Program-made: the position numbers and the translations under genes
Shown: positions 1-9,404 of the stretch, piece after piece
Numbering within the stretch: position 1 is the first letter of the stretch
Layout: each line of letters starts with the position of its first letter
The notes under the pieces: generated by a model
What the model was told of the DNA's origin: nothing
Databases searched by the model: none
The model's input: only the letters and a program-made list of their open reading frames with translations
Assembly: GCA_903865035.1 (NCBI GenBank)
Contig: CAIPII010000131.1
Span: 1-58,885, forward strand
DNA: 58,885 bases
From: an uncultured Burkholderiales bacterium
GTDB taxonomy: Bacteria; Pseudomonadota; Gammaproteobacteria; Burkholderiales; Burkholderiaceae_C
Reading direction: 5' to 3'

Positions 1-105
1 ATTTGGCACAAGCGGTTCAAGAACTTTTATAAGATACAGTGTTCGATTTCGATCTAACTGCATCGCTGGTTGCTAAAACTCGATTTTTTTCATGAATTGG
101 AGTGA

Positions 106-489
106 ATGGTGAAAATTGCATACTTGTGTGTCTTCATTGCTGGTTTGTTGCCTCTTTTGGCTGTGAGCGTGGCCAAATGGAAGTTCCCCAATTACGACAA
201 CAACAATCCCAGGCAATGGGAGTCTAAGCTCTCGGGCCACCGTGCGCGGGCCAATGCAGCGCAGATGAACTCATTTGAGGCTTTTCCCTTCTTTGCAGCT
301 GCTGTGATTTTGGCCATGCTCGCTGGCGTGGACGCACAAACTTTGGACGCTTTGAGTGTGGTTTTTGTCTTGGCACGCATTGCCTACATCGTTTGTTACA
401 TCAAAGACTGGGCCACTTCAAGGTCACTGTGTTGGACGGTGGGTTATGGGTGCGTTGTCGCGATCTTTGTTTTGGGCTTGAACACCTGA
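106..489 (+). CDS. MAPEG family membrane protein
   Basis: 127 aa, hydrophobic. Contains the bacterial MAPEG-type motifs DNNNPR, RANAAQMNSFEAFPFF and ARIAY. GGAG lies upstream of the ATG. Confidence 0.85.
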   Translation: MVKIAYLCVFIAGLLPLLAVSVAKWKFPNYDNNNPRQWESKLSGHRARANAAQMNSFEAFPFFAAAVILAMLAGVDAQTLDALSVVFVLARIAYIVCYIKDWATSRSLCWTVGYGCVVAIFVLGLNT

Positions 490-748
490 TTTGTGTCAGT
501 GCCGAGCTTGCTTTGAAGATCTTTTGCCCTCCCCTGGATGCTTAACTTTACAAAGTTGAAACCGTCTCTTTAAACGACTTTTCACAACTTCTTTTAAATT
601 TTGTGTCGATCGGTATAGGATCGTGTCATCCAAGGTTGATCTAGAAACGTTGTAACAACAAGAGCAATCGATGGCATCGCAAGTGCAGCAAATTTGTTCA
701 CTTGTATGAATGGTTTAAGCGTCAGCTCCAACGAAATTGGGAGGCATC

Positions 749-1108
749 ATGAAAAAAACAATCACATTCACTTTGGCTTTGGTCTTGGCTTTGAGCACCT
801 TGGGCGTACAAGCCCATCCCGGTGGTGGACATTGGGGAGGAGGTGGCGGTCACTGGGGCGCAGGTTGGGGCAGGGGTGCTTATGTCGCTCCCCTCTTGGC
901 TGCTGGGGTGGTGGGTGCATCCATTTACGCCGCCAGCAACCCCTACTATTACGCACCAAGTTATGTGACGCCTGGGGTTGTGGTGGCTCCACTTGCTCAG
1001 CCCGTCTACACCAACCCCCAAGCTCCCGTGGCTTACTACTGCGCCTCATACCAGCAGTACTATCCTCAGGTTCAGACCTGTCCAGTACCCTGGCAAATGG
1101 TTCAGTGA
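749..1108 (+). CDS. Small secreted Gly/Pro/Tyr-rich hypothetical protein
   Basis: GGAGG RBS before ATG 749. Signal peptide MKKTITFTLALVLALSTLGVQA, GGGHWG repeats, C-terminal YYC-x6-YP-x4-CP-x2-W motif. Confidence 0.8.
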   Translation: MKKTITFTLALVLALSTLGVQAHPGGGHWGGGGGHWGAGWGRGAYVAPLLAAGVVGASIYAASNPYYYAPSYVTPGVVVAPLAQPVYTNPQAPVAYYCASYQQYYPQVQTCPVPWQMVQ

Positions 1109-1132
1109 AGCACCAAGCGCTCTTGCAAACCC

Positions 1133-1172
1133 AAAAAAGCAGCCCTAAATTGATTCAGGGTTGCTTTTTTTT
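1133..1172. terminator. Intrinsic (probably bidirectional) terminator
   Basis: AAAAAAGCAGCCCT...AGGGTTGCTTTTTTTT stem-loop flanked by A- and T-tracts, just after the 749..1108 gene. Confidence 0.85.
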
Positions 1173-1315
1173 CGTCACCCGCTTTTTCAATTGCAAGATG
1201 TGAGTTCAGTTCGCCTGATTTTTTGGTTTATAGTCTTCTTTGAGTCTGATCAAATTCATGGGTCAATGTTTCTCAAAAGACCCCTGTTGCCAACATACAC
1301 CGATTTAATCACCCA

Positions 1316-2074
1316 ATGAAGATTTTAATTTGGCCGTTGCCAGCACTTTTGGCTTGGAGCCTGTCTTGGGGTCTTTTCTCAATCTTGAATTCATTGCAGC
1401 TCGATGATGCGTGGTGCTTGGTTGGCGCGACCCTTTTGAGTCTGCTTTTATCTGCATTGGGCACGACCCTTTGGCGACGTTGCTTGATTGTGTTGGGTTT
1501 TCCACTCTCTCAGTTGTTGGTGAACTCCTCTGCTTTGTCCATGCCCCCTGTGGCGTGGCTGTGTTTATTGGTTTTGATCGCTCTGGTGTATCCGCTCAAT
1601 GCTTGGAGCGATGCTCCCCTTTTCCCGACTCCCTCTAAAGCCCTCATTGAGATGCCTGTTCACATTCAATTGCCAGCAGCGGCCCGCATCTTGGATGCTG
1701 GCTGTGGTTTGGGGGACGGCTTGAAGGCTTTGAGAAAGGCCTACCCACAAGCGCAGTTCTTCGGCTTGGAGATGAGTTGGCTGTTGCGTGTTTTTTGCGC
1801 CCTCAGATGCCCTTGGGCCAAAATCAGACAGGGCAATATTTGGTTGGCCGATTGGAGCAGCTACGATGTGGTCTATATGTTTCAAAGGCCCGAGAGCATG
1901 CCCAAAGCCATGGAAAAAGCAAAAGCCGAGTTGCGTCCAGGCTCTTGGTTGGTGAGTCTTGAGTTTGAAGCTAGAGACTTGGTGGCCAATGCGAAAAGCG
2001 TTGGATCAGATGCCAGGCCTGTGTGGATGTACAAGGCGCCCTTCACCATGAGAGCCGTTAAAGAACGGGTCTAG
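1316..2074 (+). CDS. Membrane-anchored class I SAM-dependent methyltransferase
   Basis: Hydrophobic N-terminal helices, then APLFPT, motif I ILDAGCGLGD, GLE and DVVYMF. Confidence 0.85.
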   Translation: MKILIWPLPALLAWSLSWGLFSILNSLQLDDAWCLVGATLLSLLLSALGTTLWRRCLIVLGFPLSQLLVNSSALSMPPVAWLCLLVLIALVYPLNAWSDAPLFPTPSKALIEMPVHIQLPAAARILDAGCGLGDGLKALRKAYPQAQFFGLEMSWLLRVFCALRCPWAKIRQGNIWLADWSSYDVVYMFQRPESMPKAMEKAKAELRPGSWLVSLEFEARDLVANAKSVGSDARPVWMYKAPFTMRAVKERV

Positions 2075-2133
2075 GGCTCGGTTAAATTTAAGGTTTGGCG
2101 TGAGCTTTAAGCGATGGCTGTGGAGGCAGATTT

Positions 2134-4182
2134 TTACTTGCGTACCACTTTGGCCTGCTCGTCGATGAAGGGTTTGACCCCAATCAGGGGGTAAATTTCG
2201 TTGGGGTAAATGGCATGGCCTTGACTCAAGACGAGCGTGATTCGCCTCAAGTCTTCGATGGATTGTGTGGGTTGGCCTTTGACCAAAATGAGCTCGGCCC
2301 TTTTGCCCTCCTCAATGGAGCCAAGCTCTGAGAGTGCGCCTAAACGCTTGGCCGCATCGAAAGTGGCCACTTTGATGGCTTGAGCGGGGGTGAGGCCTGC
2401 CTTCACATAAAGGGCCAGCTCGCTGTGCAGTCCAAAGCCTGCGAAGGTGTCAGTGCCTGCAACGATTGGGATGCCTTCTCGGTGCAAAAGCCCCGTGAAT
2501 TCAACCATTTTTTCGTAAGATTTGCGATACCTTTGAGCGGTCTCTTCGTTGGGAATTTGCATGGTACCCACTTTGAATTCACGCTGCGTGTCGGGGGGCA
2601 AATGGTCCATGATGGAGACAAAGGGGGCAGACCATTCACCGTCTCGCTGCTTTAAAAAATCAAAGCCTGCGAGGGTGGGGTCCACGGTCACGTGCTTGTC
2701 CTTGAGCAGCTGGATGAGGCGTTGAATGGGCGGTGAATTCAAGTCCAGATCGGCAAATTTTTCTGCAGGCAAGTAAAAGCGATCCAAGGTCCTGGAGTCG
2801 GTCTTGTCATTGGAGACCAAGTGCAGCAAGAGTTGGTTGATGTGATTGATTTCATCAAACCCTGCTTCGATGGCTTCCTCTGAGCTCATGAAAGCGGGGA
2901 CGTGACCTCCAACGGTCATGCCTTTGCTGTGGCTGTAGTCCACGATGTCTTTGACAATGGCTTTGGGAAAGCTGCTGTAGATTTTGATGTGTGGATAGCC
3001 CAAATTGAAGTAGTAGTCGACCGCTTTTTGCGCCTCCTGCAGGTTTTCAATCATGATGCCATCCGAGTTGGCGTACTCACTTTTGCCTTCAATGAGTCCA
3101 GAGGCCACAATGTTGGGCGACAGCAGTGTCCCGTCTTTGACTCGGCGCATGAGTTGCTGGACTTCCTCGTTCACATTTCCCATGTCTCTGATGGTGGTGA
3201 CTCCATTGGCCATGTTGTAGCTGGCTGACCAGCTGTTGATGTGAGCGTGCATGTCAACCAATGCAGGCAAGAGGATTTGCCCCTTGGCGTCAACCTCAGA
3301 CTCGGCATTGATGGGTTCGGTGCTGGCGTCTGAAATTTTGAGAATCCTGCCGTCTTTGATGTAAATATTTTTGGGCTCAGTGAGTTGTCCCAATTCGCTG
3401 ATGAAAATGCGCGCATGTTTGACCACAAGCATGCCCTCAATGGGGTGGCGAGTTTGCTTGGCCCGCTTGGCCAACATTTGATCAATCACTGAGCTTTGGC
3501 GTTCTTTGAGCGTCTTCAAAGACGCTCTCCAAGGCTCCAAGAAGACGCTATAGCCGGGACTTGTGAATGCGAAAAAACGCGGCGAGGCTCCTGTGGTGGC
3601 CCAAAAGAAGTCGGGCTTGAGCCCCAAGCCGCTCAACATCAGAAGTTGAACCTTCAACTTCTCTTGACCCCGTGTGAGTGTCAATTCATCAAGCTTGTCT
3701 TGCCTGAGCTCGCCAGAGGGAAAGAGCCTCAAAACCTTGGAGGGACTTTGATTGAGTGCAGTGATCATCAATGAATTCACAGCATAGGTGGAGTTCATGG
3801 GCACATAAAAGGGATAACCTTGCACCTTGGCTTGGCCCTCTTCGGAGCTGGATTTCCATCTCGCATGGTGTGCGTTTTGAACAAATGTCTCCTCAATCTT
3901 GCCGCCCATCTCTGAGGTTCCTGAGACGCGGTAAGTTTTCATGCTTGAGCTCGGCGTCAATGTGATCACCTCGTGGGTATTGGCGCCGCGCCCATTCTCC
4001 ACGCACTCATAGTCCACCTCAATTCGCTTTTGAGAGCGGTGGTTCAAGACCAAATGGCCGCACACGGTGCCATTTTCCAAGAGCACTGTGAAGTCCTCTT
4101 TGTCATGCGAGGAGGCGTTGGCGTTGAGGGTGAGTGCAATCGCGATCGCAAGGATCATGAATGAGTGAGCAAGTGGCCTCAT
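2134..4182 (-). CDS. Secreted amidohydrolase-superfamily metallohydrolase with N-terminal extra domain
   Basis: Metal-ligand motifs DMHAH, IKIYS, GGH, EINH and AGTD, plus GVTTIRDMG. Signal-peptide-like stretch from ATG 4182; the ORF-track start at 4272 is probably too long. Confidence 0.85.
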   Translation of the reverse strand: MRPLAHSFMILAIAIALTLNANASSHDKEDFTVLLENGTVCGHLVLNHRSQKRIEVDYECVENGRGANTHEVITLTPSSSMKTYRVSGTSEMGGKIEETFVQNAHHARWKSSSEEGQAKVQGYPFYVPMNSTYAVNSLMITALNQSPSKVLRLFPSGELRQDKLDELTLTRGQEKLKVQLLMLSGLGLKPDFFWATTGASPRFFAFTSPGYSVFLEPWRASLKTLKERQSSVIDQMLAKRAKQTRHPIEGMLVVKHARIFISELGQLTEPKNIYIKDGRILKISDASTEPINAESEVDAKGQILLPALVDMHAHINSWSASYNMANGVTTIRDMGNVNEEVQQLMRRVKDGTLLSPNIVASGLIEGKSEYANSDGIMIENLQEAQKAVDYYFNLGYPHIKIYSSFPKAIVKDIVDYSHSKGMTVGGHVPAFMSSEEAIEAGFDEINHINQLLLHLVSNDKTDSRTLDRFYLPAEKFADLDLNSPPIQRLIQLLKDKHVTVDPTLAGFDFLKQRDGEWSAPFVSIMDHLPPDTQREFKVGTMQIPNEETAQRYRKSYEKMVEFTGLLHREGIPIVAGTDTFAGFGLHSELALYVKAGLTPAQAIKVATFDAAKRLGALSELGSIEEGKRAELILVKGQPTQSIEDLRRITLVLSQGHAIYPNEIYPLIGVKPFIDEQAKVVRK

Positions 4183-4406
4183 GGAAAAAGTACTTTCAAG
4201 CAATGAACAAAAGAAGAGGCGAATGAGAGATTCACTCAAACCCCTTATTTTAGTTGCTTTGATCAGCTTCAATTGACAGCCCTCCCGAGAGGGCTACTTA
4301 GAAGTGAGACTTGATTGGGTTTGACTTCAACGCTCGGCTCAAACCGGAGCAGCTTGATGGGTTGAGCTGCCCATAACGGAGCTGCAAAGGGCGTGTGTTT
4401 GCAGAC

Positions 4407-5444
4407 TCAAGCGCCCACTTCACTCAGGTCTTTGAGAGACTTGTGTCCATCTCGCTCAGCGTGTCGTTCAAAGGCGCTGAACGTTTCGATTTCCACTTTG
4501 GCGCCTTTTCTGGATCCGTACACATGCTGCTTGAGCCACAAGAGTTCGTCGTTTAACTTCTCGCTGGAGGCGACCACCTTGCTCCAGCACTTGATGTCGG
4601 GTGACCAGCGGTAAGCGCGTTGTTTTAAGATGTCTTTGGTCTCAAAGGGTGAGCCCAGTGCGTAAACTTTGAATTGATCCGAATGAGCAGATTCAAAAAG
4701 GGTTTGTATGGCGGTTTGTTGGCTTGAAGGCAGGACCATTTTCAAGACTTCCAGCAACGCCCAGCAATCGATTTCTGCACGGTGTGCTTCATAAAATATA
4801 CCTTGCACCATGGCCAGGTACTCCAGTTTTGCAGAACCAATGCCGTTTTGACGCCAATCGATGTCTTTGATGCTACAGGCCCATCTCTTGGCGCTGAAGT
4901 GGGGCCAGCGGTTTTCCACAAAGGGCCGATCAAAGGCAGCGTTGTGCGCAATGACCAAGTCCACGTCTTCAAGCATCGCATTCACGCGTTGGTCGTCCAT
5001 GCGTTTGCCTTTGACCATTTCATCGGTGATGTGATGAACGGCGATGGTCTCAGGCGGAATGGGAAAGCCAGGATCCTCCAATTCATCAAAGACGTCAATC
5101 ACATTCAAGACTTGCCCTGACGCGCTGTCGTATTCGAACTTGATCATGCCCAACTCAATCACCTTGTCCGATAAATTGTTCATTCCCGTCGTCTCTGTAT
5201 CGAGCACGAGGCCTCTTAAAATTTTGGACTCCTTTTGCGCTGCTGCAACCACTGAGGCCTTGGGGCTCAATGTGGGCGTTAGTTGTTTGAGAACTTTAAA
5301 GCCAGGATGGGCGCTCAGCTGCTCAGCCACTAGGGGCCAAATGGCTGAGTCGGGAGGCAAGCCCGCCAAAGCTTTGAGGTCTTGGGCGAGACGTTCTTCA
5401 TCCAAGGAGAGTGAGGTGGAGGCGGGGTTGGGGATCATGGTCAT
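4407..5444 (-). CDS. DEDDh 3'-5' exonuclease (DNA polymerase III epsilon-like family)
   Basis: ExoI LDTETTG, ExoII AHNAAFDRPF, ExoIII HRAEIDC; C-terminal PFETKDILKQRAYRW extension. Confidence 0.9.
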   Translation of the reverse strand: MTMIPNPASTSLSLDEERLAQDLKALAGLPPDSAIWPLVAEQLSAHPGFKVLKQLTPTLSPKASVVAAAQKESKILRGLVLDTETTGMNNLSDKVIELGMIKFEYDSASGQVLNVIDVFDELEDPGFPIPPETIAVHHITDEMVKGKRMDDQRVNAMLEDVDLVIAHNAAFDRPFVENRWPHFSAKRWACSIKDIDWRQNGIGSAKLEYLAMVQGIFYEAHRAEIDCWALLEVLKMVLPSSQQTAIQTLFESAHSDQFKVYALGSPFETKDILKQRAYRWSPDIKCWSKVVASSEKLNDELLWLKQHVYGSRKGAKVEIETFSAFERHAERDGHKSLKDLSEVGA

Positions 5445-5529
5445 GTTCAGGCTTGGATCAAAACTCCAAGTGTATTTGCGAAAACCTGCAATTGGGAAAT
5501 GAAAAACAAAGGATTCAACCCTCTTTGAC

Positions 5530-6756
5530 TCAAGGCGCTGGACTTGCCAATGAGGCTTGCGTGACCCATTTGGTCAGTGCGAGTCCCAACACTGCAAACG
5601 AGACGCCACAAAACAAAAGCACCCAAGGGGAGCCCACCCAAGCACTCAATTGGGCACAAAAGATCACCCCCAAAGATTGACCGCCAAAAAGCAATGCCGC
5701 AAAAAGCGCCATGCACGTGCCTCTCAAAGGCGGATAGAGTTGAGTGGCCAAAACCTGAAGGGTGTTGTGGAGCATGAAAAATCCAAAGCCTGCCAAGATG
5801 AAGGCCGGGATGTCAAATCCCCAGTGGGGTGCAAAACCAATGCATGCATATGCCAAAGCAAAAATGGTTGCTCCCAATTTGATCATTTGACCTTCGCTCA
5901 AGCGCTGGATGAAGCCCTTGGCGAACTTCATGTAGATCACCCCACCCAAGCCAAACAAAGCCACCAATGAACCTGCCCAAGAGACCAAGATCCCTTGCTG
6001 ATCGTGCAAGTGAGTGGCTGAGATGGCAATGGCCCCAAAGGCGATCGCGCCCTCAAGTAAAACGCAACTGAGCAGCCTTCGCGCCTTTTGGAGTTGAAGC
6101 ACCTTCCAAGCGTTGTTGAAGAAATTGCTTGAGGCGTTGGGGTCCACTCCTTGGCCATCACCATGTTCGAGTTTTTTCACCCTTGCATTGGGGTTTGCCC
6201 AAAGAACACCACCCACCAACAAAAACACAATGGCCACCAATGCAAAAGCCCACCTCCAGCCCAAGGTGTCGGTGAGAAGTCCACCAAAGAGTTGGCCGGC
6301 CACAATGCCCATGGTCGAGCCCAACCCAACTCGTGCCAAAGTGGCTTGTCGAATGGCATACGGAACCGTGTCTCCCACCCATGCCAATCCAAGCGGAATG
6401 ATGGCTGCTGTGCAAGTTGCGGTGAGCACTCGGCATGCAATCAACAAGGGGAGCGTGGGCGCCAAAGCGCATCCGAAGCACCCAAGGCTGCAGCCCAAAG
6501 TGGCCATGGACAAAATGCGGTACTTGCCGTAGCGATCTCCCAGTGGTCCAAACACAATTTGCATCAGTCCGTATGTGACCGCGAAATAGGAGATGACATG
6601 GGCAGCAAAAGCCCTCTCCACCCCAAAATCAAGCGCCAGTTGAGGCAGCATGGGGTCGCACAAGCGCTGGATGGTCATGCTCGCGAAAGTTGCAAAAGAC
6701 AGGTGCAAAATCGCCTGCAAGGTGCTTTTGTCAATGAGGGCAGGGGTGTCGTTCAT
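5530..6756 (-). CDS. MFS transporter (DHA1/YnfM-like)
   Basis: About 12 hydrophobic segments; MFS motif A GPLGDRYGK. Confidence 0.9.
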   Translation of the reverse strand: MNDTPALIDKSTLQAILHLSFATFASMTIQRLCDPMLPQLALDFGVERAFAAHVISYFAVTYGLMQIVFGPLGDRYGKYRILSMATLGCSLGCFGCALAPTLPLLIACRVLTATCTAAIIPLGLAWVGDTVPYAIRQATLARVGLGSTMGIVAGQLFGGLLTDTLGWRWAFALVAIVFLLVGGVLWANPNARVKKLEHGDGQGVDPNASSNFFNNAWKVLQLQKARRLLSCVLLEGAIAFGAIAISATHLHDQQGILVSWAGSLVALFGLGGVIYMKFAKGFIQRLSEGQMIKLGATIFALAYACIGFAPHWGFDIPAFILAGFGFFMLHNTLQVLATQLYPPLRGTCMALFAALLFGGQSLGVIFCAQLSAWVGSPWVLLFCGVSFAVLGLALTKWVTQASLASPAP

Positions 6757-6971
6757 GGGGTGTGTTCAGGCTCAAGTCCTTGGGGTCGCATAAGCCCTAC
6801 GGGTTTAGGGAAATTTAGTAATTGCTCTCTAAAGTGGTGTCAGATTGATCGATTGCACTTGTTTTAAAAGACTTGAGCCCTATACTTTAACCATACTGCA
6901 TCGCGCTTGGGGGTCATTGAACTCGTTTGCCGGTCCATTATCCCTTTAACTTGAATTGACGGAGAAAACAC

Positions 6972-7517
6972 ATGAGCCTTACCCCTGAGCAAATCATGGC
7001 CGCTAATAAATCCAATTTGGAGACATTGGTTGGTTTGACCACAAAAGCGTTTGCTGGCGTGGAGCAATTGATTGAATTGAACATGGCTGCTGCCAAGTCA
7101 GCATTGTCTGACACCCACGAGAGCACCACCTCAGCCTTGAGTGCAAAAGATGCGCAAGATCTGCTCGCGCTTCAAGCCCAGATGTTTCAGCCCTTGGCTG
7201 AAAAAGCGGTGACCTATAACCGCCACTTGTATGACATCGCCACAGGCTCCTCGCACGAGTTGGGCTCTGTCTTCGAGGCTCAAATGGCCAAGGGACAAAA
7301 GATGTACCAAGAGTTCTTTGACAACATGGCCAAAAACGCACCTGCTGGTAGCGAAGGTGCTGTGGCAGCCTTCAAAACTGCTGTCTCTGCTGGGACCAGT
7401 GCTCTAGAGTCTGTGCAAAAAGCGGTCAAACAAGCCACTGACATGGCCGATCAAAACGTCAAAACCATGGCCGCTTCGGCTTTGAACACTGCGAAAACAA
7501 CGACCAAAAAGCGTTGA
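6972..7517 (+). CDS. phaP: Phasin (PHA granule-associated protein)
   Basis: [19 protein letters not shown]...[12 protein letters not shown] and QPLAEKA...RHLYDIA match the PhaP1-type phasin pattern. GGAG RBS. Confidence 0.93.
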   Translation: MSLTPEQIMAANKSNLETLVGLTTKAFAGVEQLIELNMAAAKSALSDTHESTTSALSAKDAQDLLALQAQMFQPLAEKAVTYNRHLYDIATGSSHELGSVFEAQMAKGQKMYQEFFDNMAKNAPAGSEGAVAAFKTAVSAGTSALESVQKAVKQATDMADQNVKTMAASALNTAKTTTKKR

Positions 7518-7522
7518 TTTTG

Positions 7523-7542
7523 AGCGCTTGAATCCAAGCGCT
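7523..7542. terminator. Hairpin between convergent phaP and pyrD
   Basis: AGCGCTTG-AATC-CAAGCGCT perfect 8-bp stem; A-tract at about 7549-7553 gives a minus-strand U-tract upstream of the stem only, so terminator function is uncertain. Confidence 0.45.
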
Positions 7543-7554
7543 TGAAGGAAAAAC

Positions 7555-8631
7555 TCAAGGGCGTTGGGCCATTTGGCTCAACGCCCTTGCTGTTTGTTCG
7601 ATGAGTTGTGGGCCTTTGTAGATCAGACCACTGTAGATTTGGACCAAATTTGCACCGTGTTTGATTTTTTCACACGCATCATGGGCACTCATCACACCAC
7701 CCACGCCAATCAGTGGAAAGTGCTCGCCCAGGCCCGCTCGCAATTGCGACAAGATGGCGTTGCTTTTCTCAAAAACTGGAGCGCCAGAGAGTCCGCCCGC
7801 TTCATCTGAATGCGCTAGCCCCTTCACAGCCTCTCGATCCAAGGTGGTGTTTGTGGCAATCACTCCCCAAAGTCCTTGTTGAGCAGACGCATCAACAGGC
7901 GCGTGGCGCTTTAAGGTTTGAACAAACACATCGACTTGTTCAGGCAGCAAATCGGGGGCAATTTTGATGAACATCGGTACTTTTTTGCTAGCGTGAACGC
8001 TCTCAAGTTGTGCTCGCTTGGTGCTTAAACCTTCGAGCAACTCCTCGAGCGCGTCATCGGTTTGAAGAGCCCTCAGATTTTTGGTGTTTGGGCTGGAGAT
8101 GTTGATGGTCACGTAGTCGGCATAAGGGTAGACGCCTTCAAGACCTTTGAGGTAATCATCCAAAGCATTTTCAATCGGGGTCGTCGCATTTTTTCCAATG
8201 TTCAAACCCAGCACCATGGTAGAGGCGCGGGATTGGTGTTGGATCACGTTGTGGATGAAACTCTCCAAGCCTTTGTTGTTAAAGCCCAAGCGATTGATCA
8301 AAGCATCCTTTTGAGGAATTCGCCAAATTCTAGGCTTGGGGTTTCCGCTTTGACCCAAGGGGGTCACAGTACCCACTTCGATGAAGCCAAAGCCCATTTT
8401 GGAGAAGGCTTTGATGCATCGCGCATTTTTATCCAAGCCCGCTGCCAAGCCAATGCGATTGGGAAAATCCAGACCACACAATCGCACTGGATCTGAGACG
8501 GCCTCCTGGCTGTAGAGCACGCTCAAAGGGGTGTTTTGAGTTTTCTCTAAAAACGACAAGGTCCAGTCGTGGATGCGTTCGGCATCAAAGGAAAAAAATA
8601 AGGGACGAATGAGAGCATAAGGGATTGGCAT
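7555..8631 (-). CDS. pyrD: Quinone-dependent dihydroorotate dehydrogenase (class 2)
   Basis: [40 protein letters not shown] and GGLSG motifs. Confidence 0.97.
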   Translation of the reverse strand: MPIPYALIRPLFFSFDAERIHDWTLSFLEKTQNTPLSVLYSQEAVSDPVRLCGLDFPNRIGLAAGLDKNARCIKAFSKMGFGFIEVGTVTPLGQSGNPKPRIWRIPQKDALINRLGFNNKGLESFIHNVIQHQSRASTMVLGLNIGKNATTPIENALDDYLKGLEGVYPYADYVTINISSPNTKNLRALQTDDALEELLEGLSTKRAQLESVHASKKVPMFIKIAPDLLPEQVDVFVQTLKRHAPVDASAQQGLWGVIATNTTLDREAVKGLAHSDEAGGLSGAPVFEKSNAILSQLRAGLGEHFPLIGVGGVMSAHDACEKIKHGANLVQIYSGLIYKGPQLIEQTARALSQMAQRP

Positions 8632-8699
8632 TCGTTAAACTACTTTCTTTTGAACGGTTGGGCTTTTTGATGGGCTCGGCTCCCAAAGGAGATTATCGC

Positions 8700-9383
8700 G
8701 TGAGTTCACCATTAACCCAAGATCAATTGAAGGCCCTGGTTGGGCAAGCTGCGCTGAGCCATGTTCGGGCAGGCACCTGGGTGGGTGTTGGCACGGGCTC
8801 AACGGTCAACCATTTCATCGATGCACTGGCTGCCTCAGGTGTGTCCATCTTGGGTGCTGTGTCTAGCTCTGAGGCATCGACCCAAAGACTCTTGGGCCAT
8901 GGAATCGTGGTGAGTGAATTAAAGGGTGGACAGACTTTGGATGTGTACGTCGATGGTGCAGATGAGATCGACCCCAGGGGCAACATGATCAAAGGGGGGG
9001 GAGCCGCGCTCACGAGAGAGAAAATCGTCGCCTCTCAAGCTCAGAGGTTTGTGTGCATTGTCGATGAGAGCAAGTGGGTTGAGGTGTTGGGCCACTTTCC
9101 CTTGCCTTTGGAGGTGATTCCCATGGCTGCCGAGGTTCTCATTGAGCGTTTCAAAACGAAGGGTGCACAGGCCCGACTGCGAATGAAGGGTGAGACCCCC
9201 TTGGTCACCGACAATGGGCAGCATATTTTGGATGTTTGGGGCTTGAAGATCAGTGAGCCCTTGGCCTTCGAAGATGAGGTCAGTCAATGGCCAGGCGTGA
9301 TCACTGTGGGCGTTTTTGCTCACCAAAGGGCCAACGTCTGCCTCATGGGGACCTCACAAGGTGTCAAAACCTTTGAGTTCTAG
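8700..9383 (+). CDS. rpiA: Ribose-5-phosphate isomerase A
   Basis: GVGTGSTV, DGADEI and KGGGAALTREKIVA motifs. GTG start at 8700 follows AAGGGAG. Confidence 0.96.
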   Translation: MSSPLTQDQLKALVGQAALSHVRAGTWVGVGTGSTVNHFIDALAASGVSILGAVSSSEASTQRLLGHGIVVSELKGGQTLDVYVDGADEIDPRGNMIKGGGAALTREKIVASQAQRFVCIVDESKWVEVLGHFPLPLEVIPMAAEVLIERFKTKGAQARLRMKGETPLVTDNGQHILDVWGLKISEPLAFEDEVSQWPGVITVGVFAHQRANVCLMGTSQGVKTFEF

Positions 9384-9404
9384 AGCAGTGTAAAAGCCCT
9401 TGGT

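Noticed and set aside
21-47. GAACTT-N16-TCGAT sigmaE-like promoter before the MAPEG gene
   Set aside because: The -10 element is a poor match and the upstream context is cut off by the window edge.
694-1203. 169-aa alternative-frame ORF overlapping the secreted protein
   Set aside because: No RBS, runs through the terminator, Arg/Cys-rich composition; the 749 frame has an RBS and a signal peptide.
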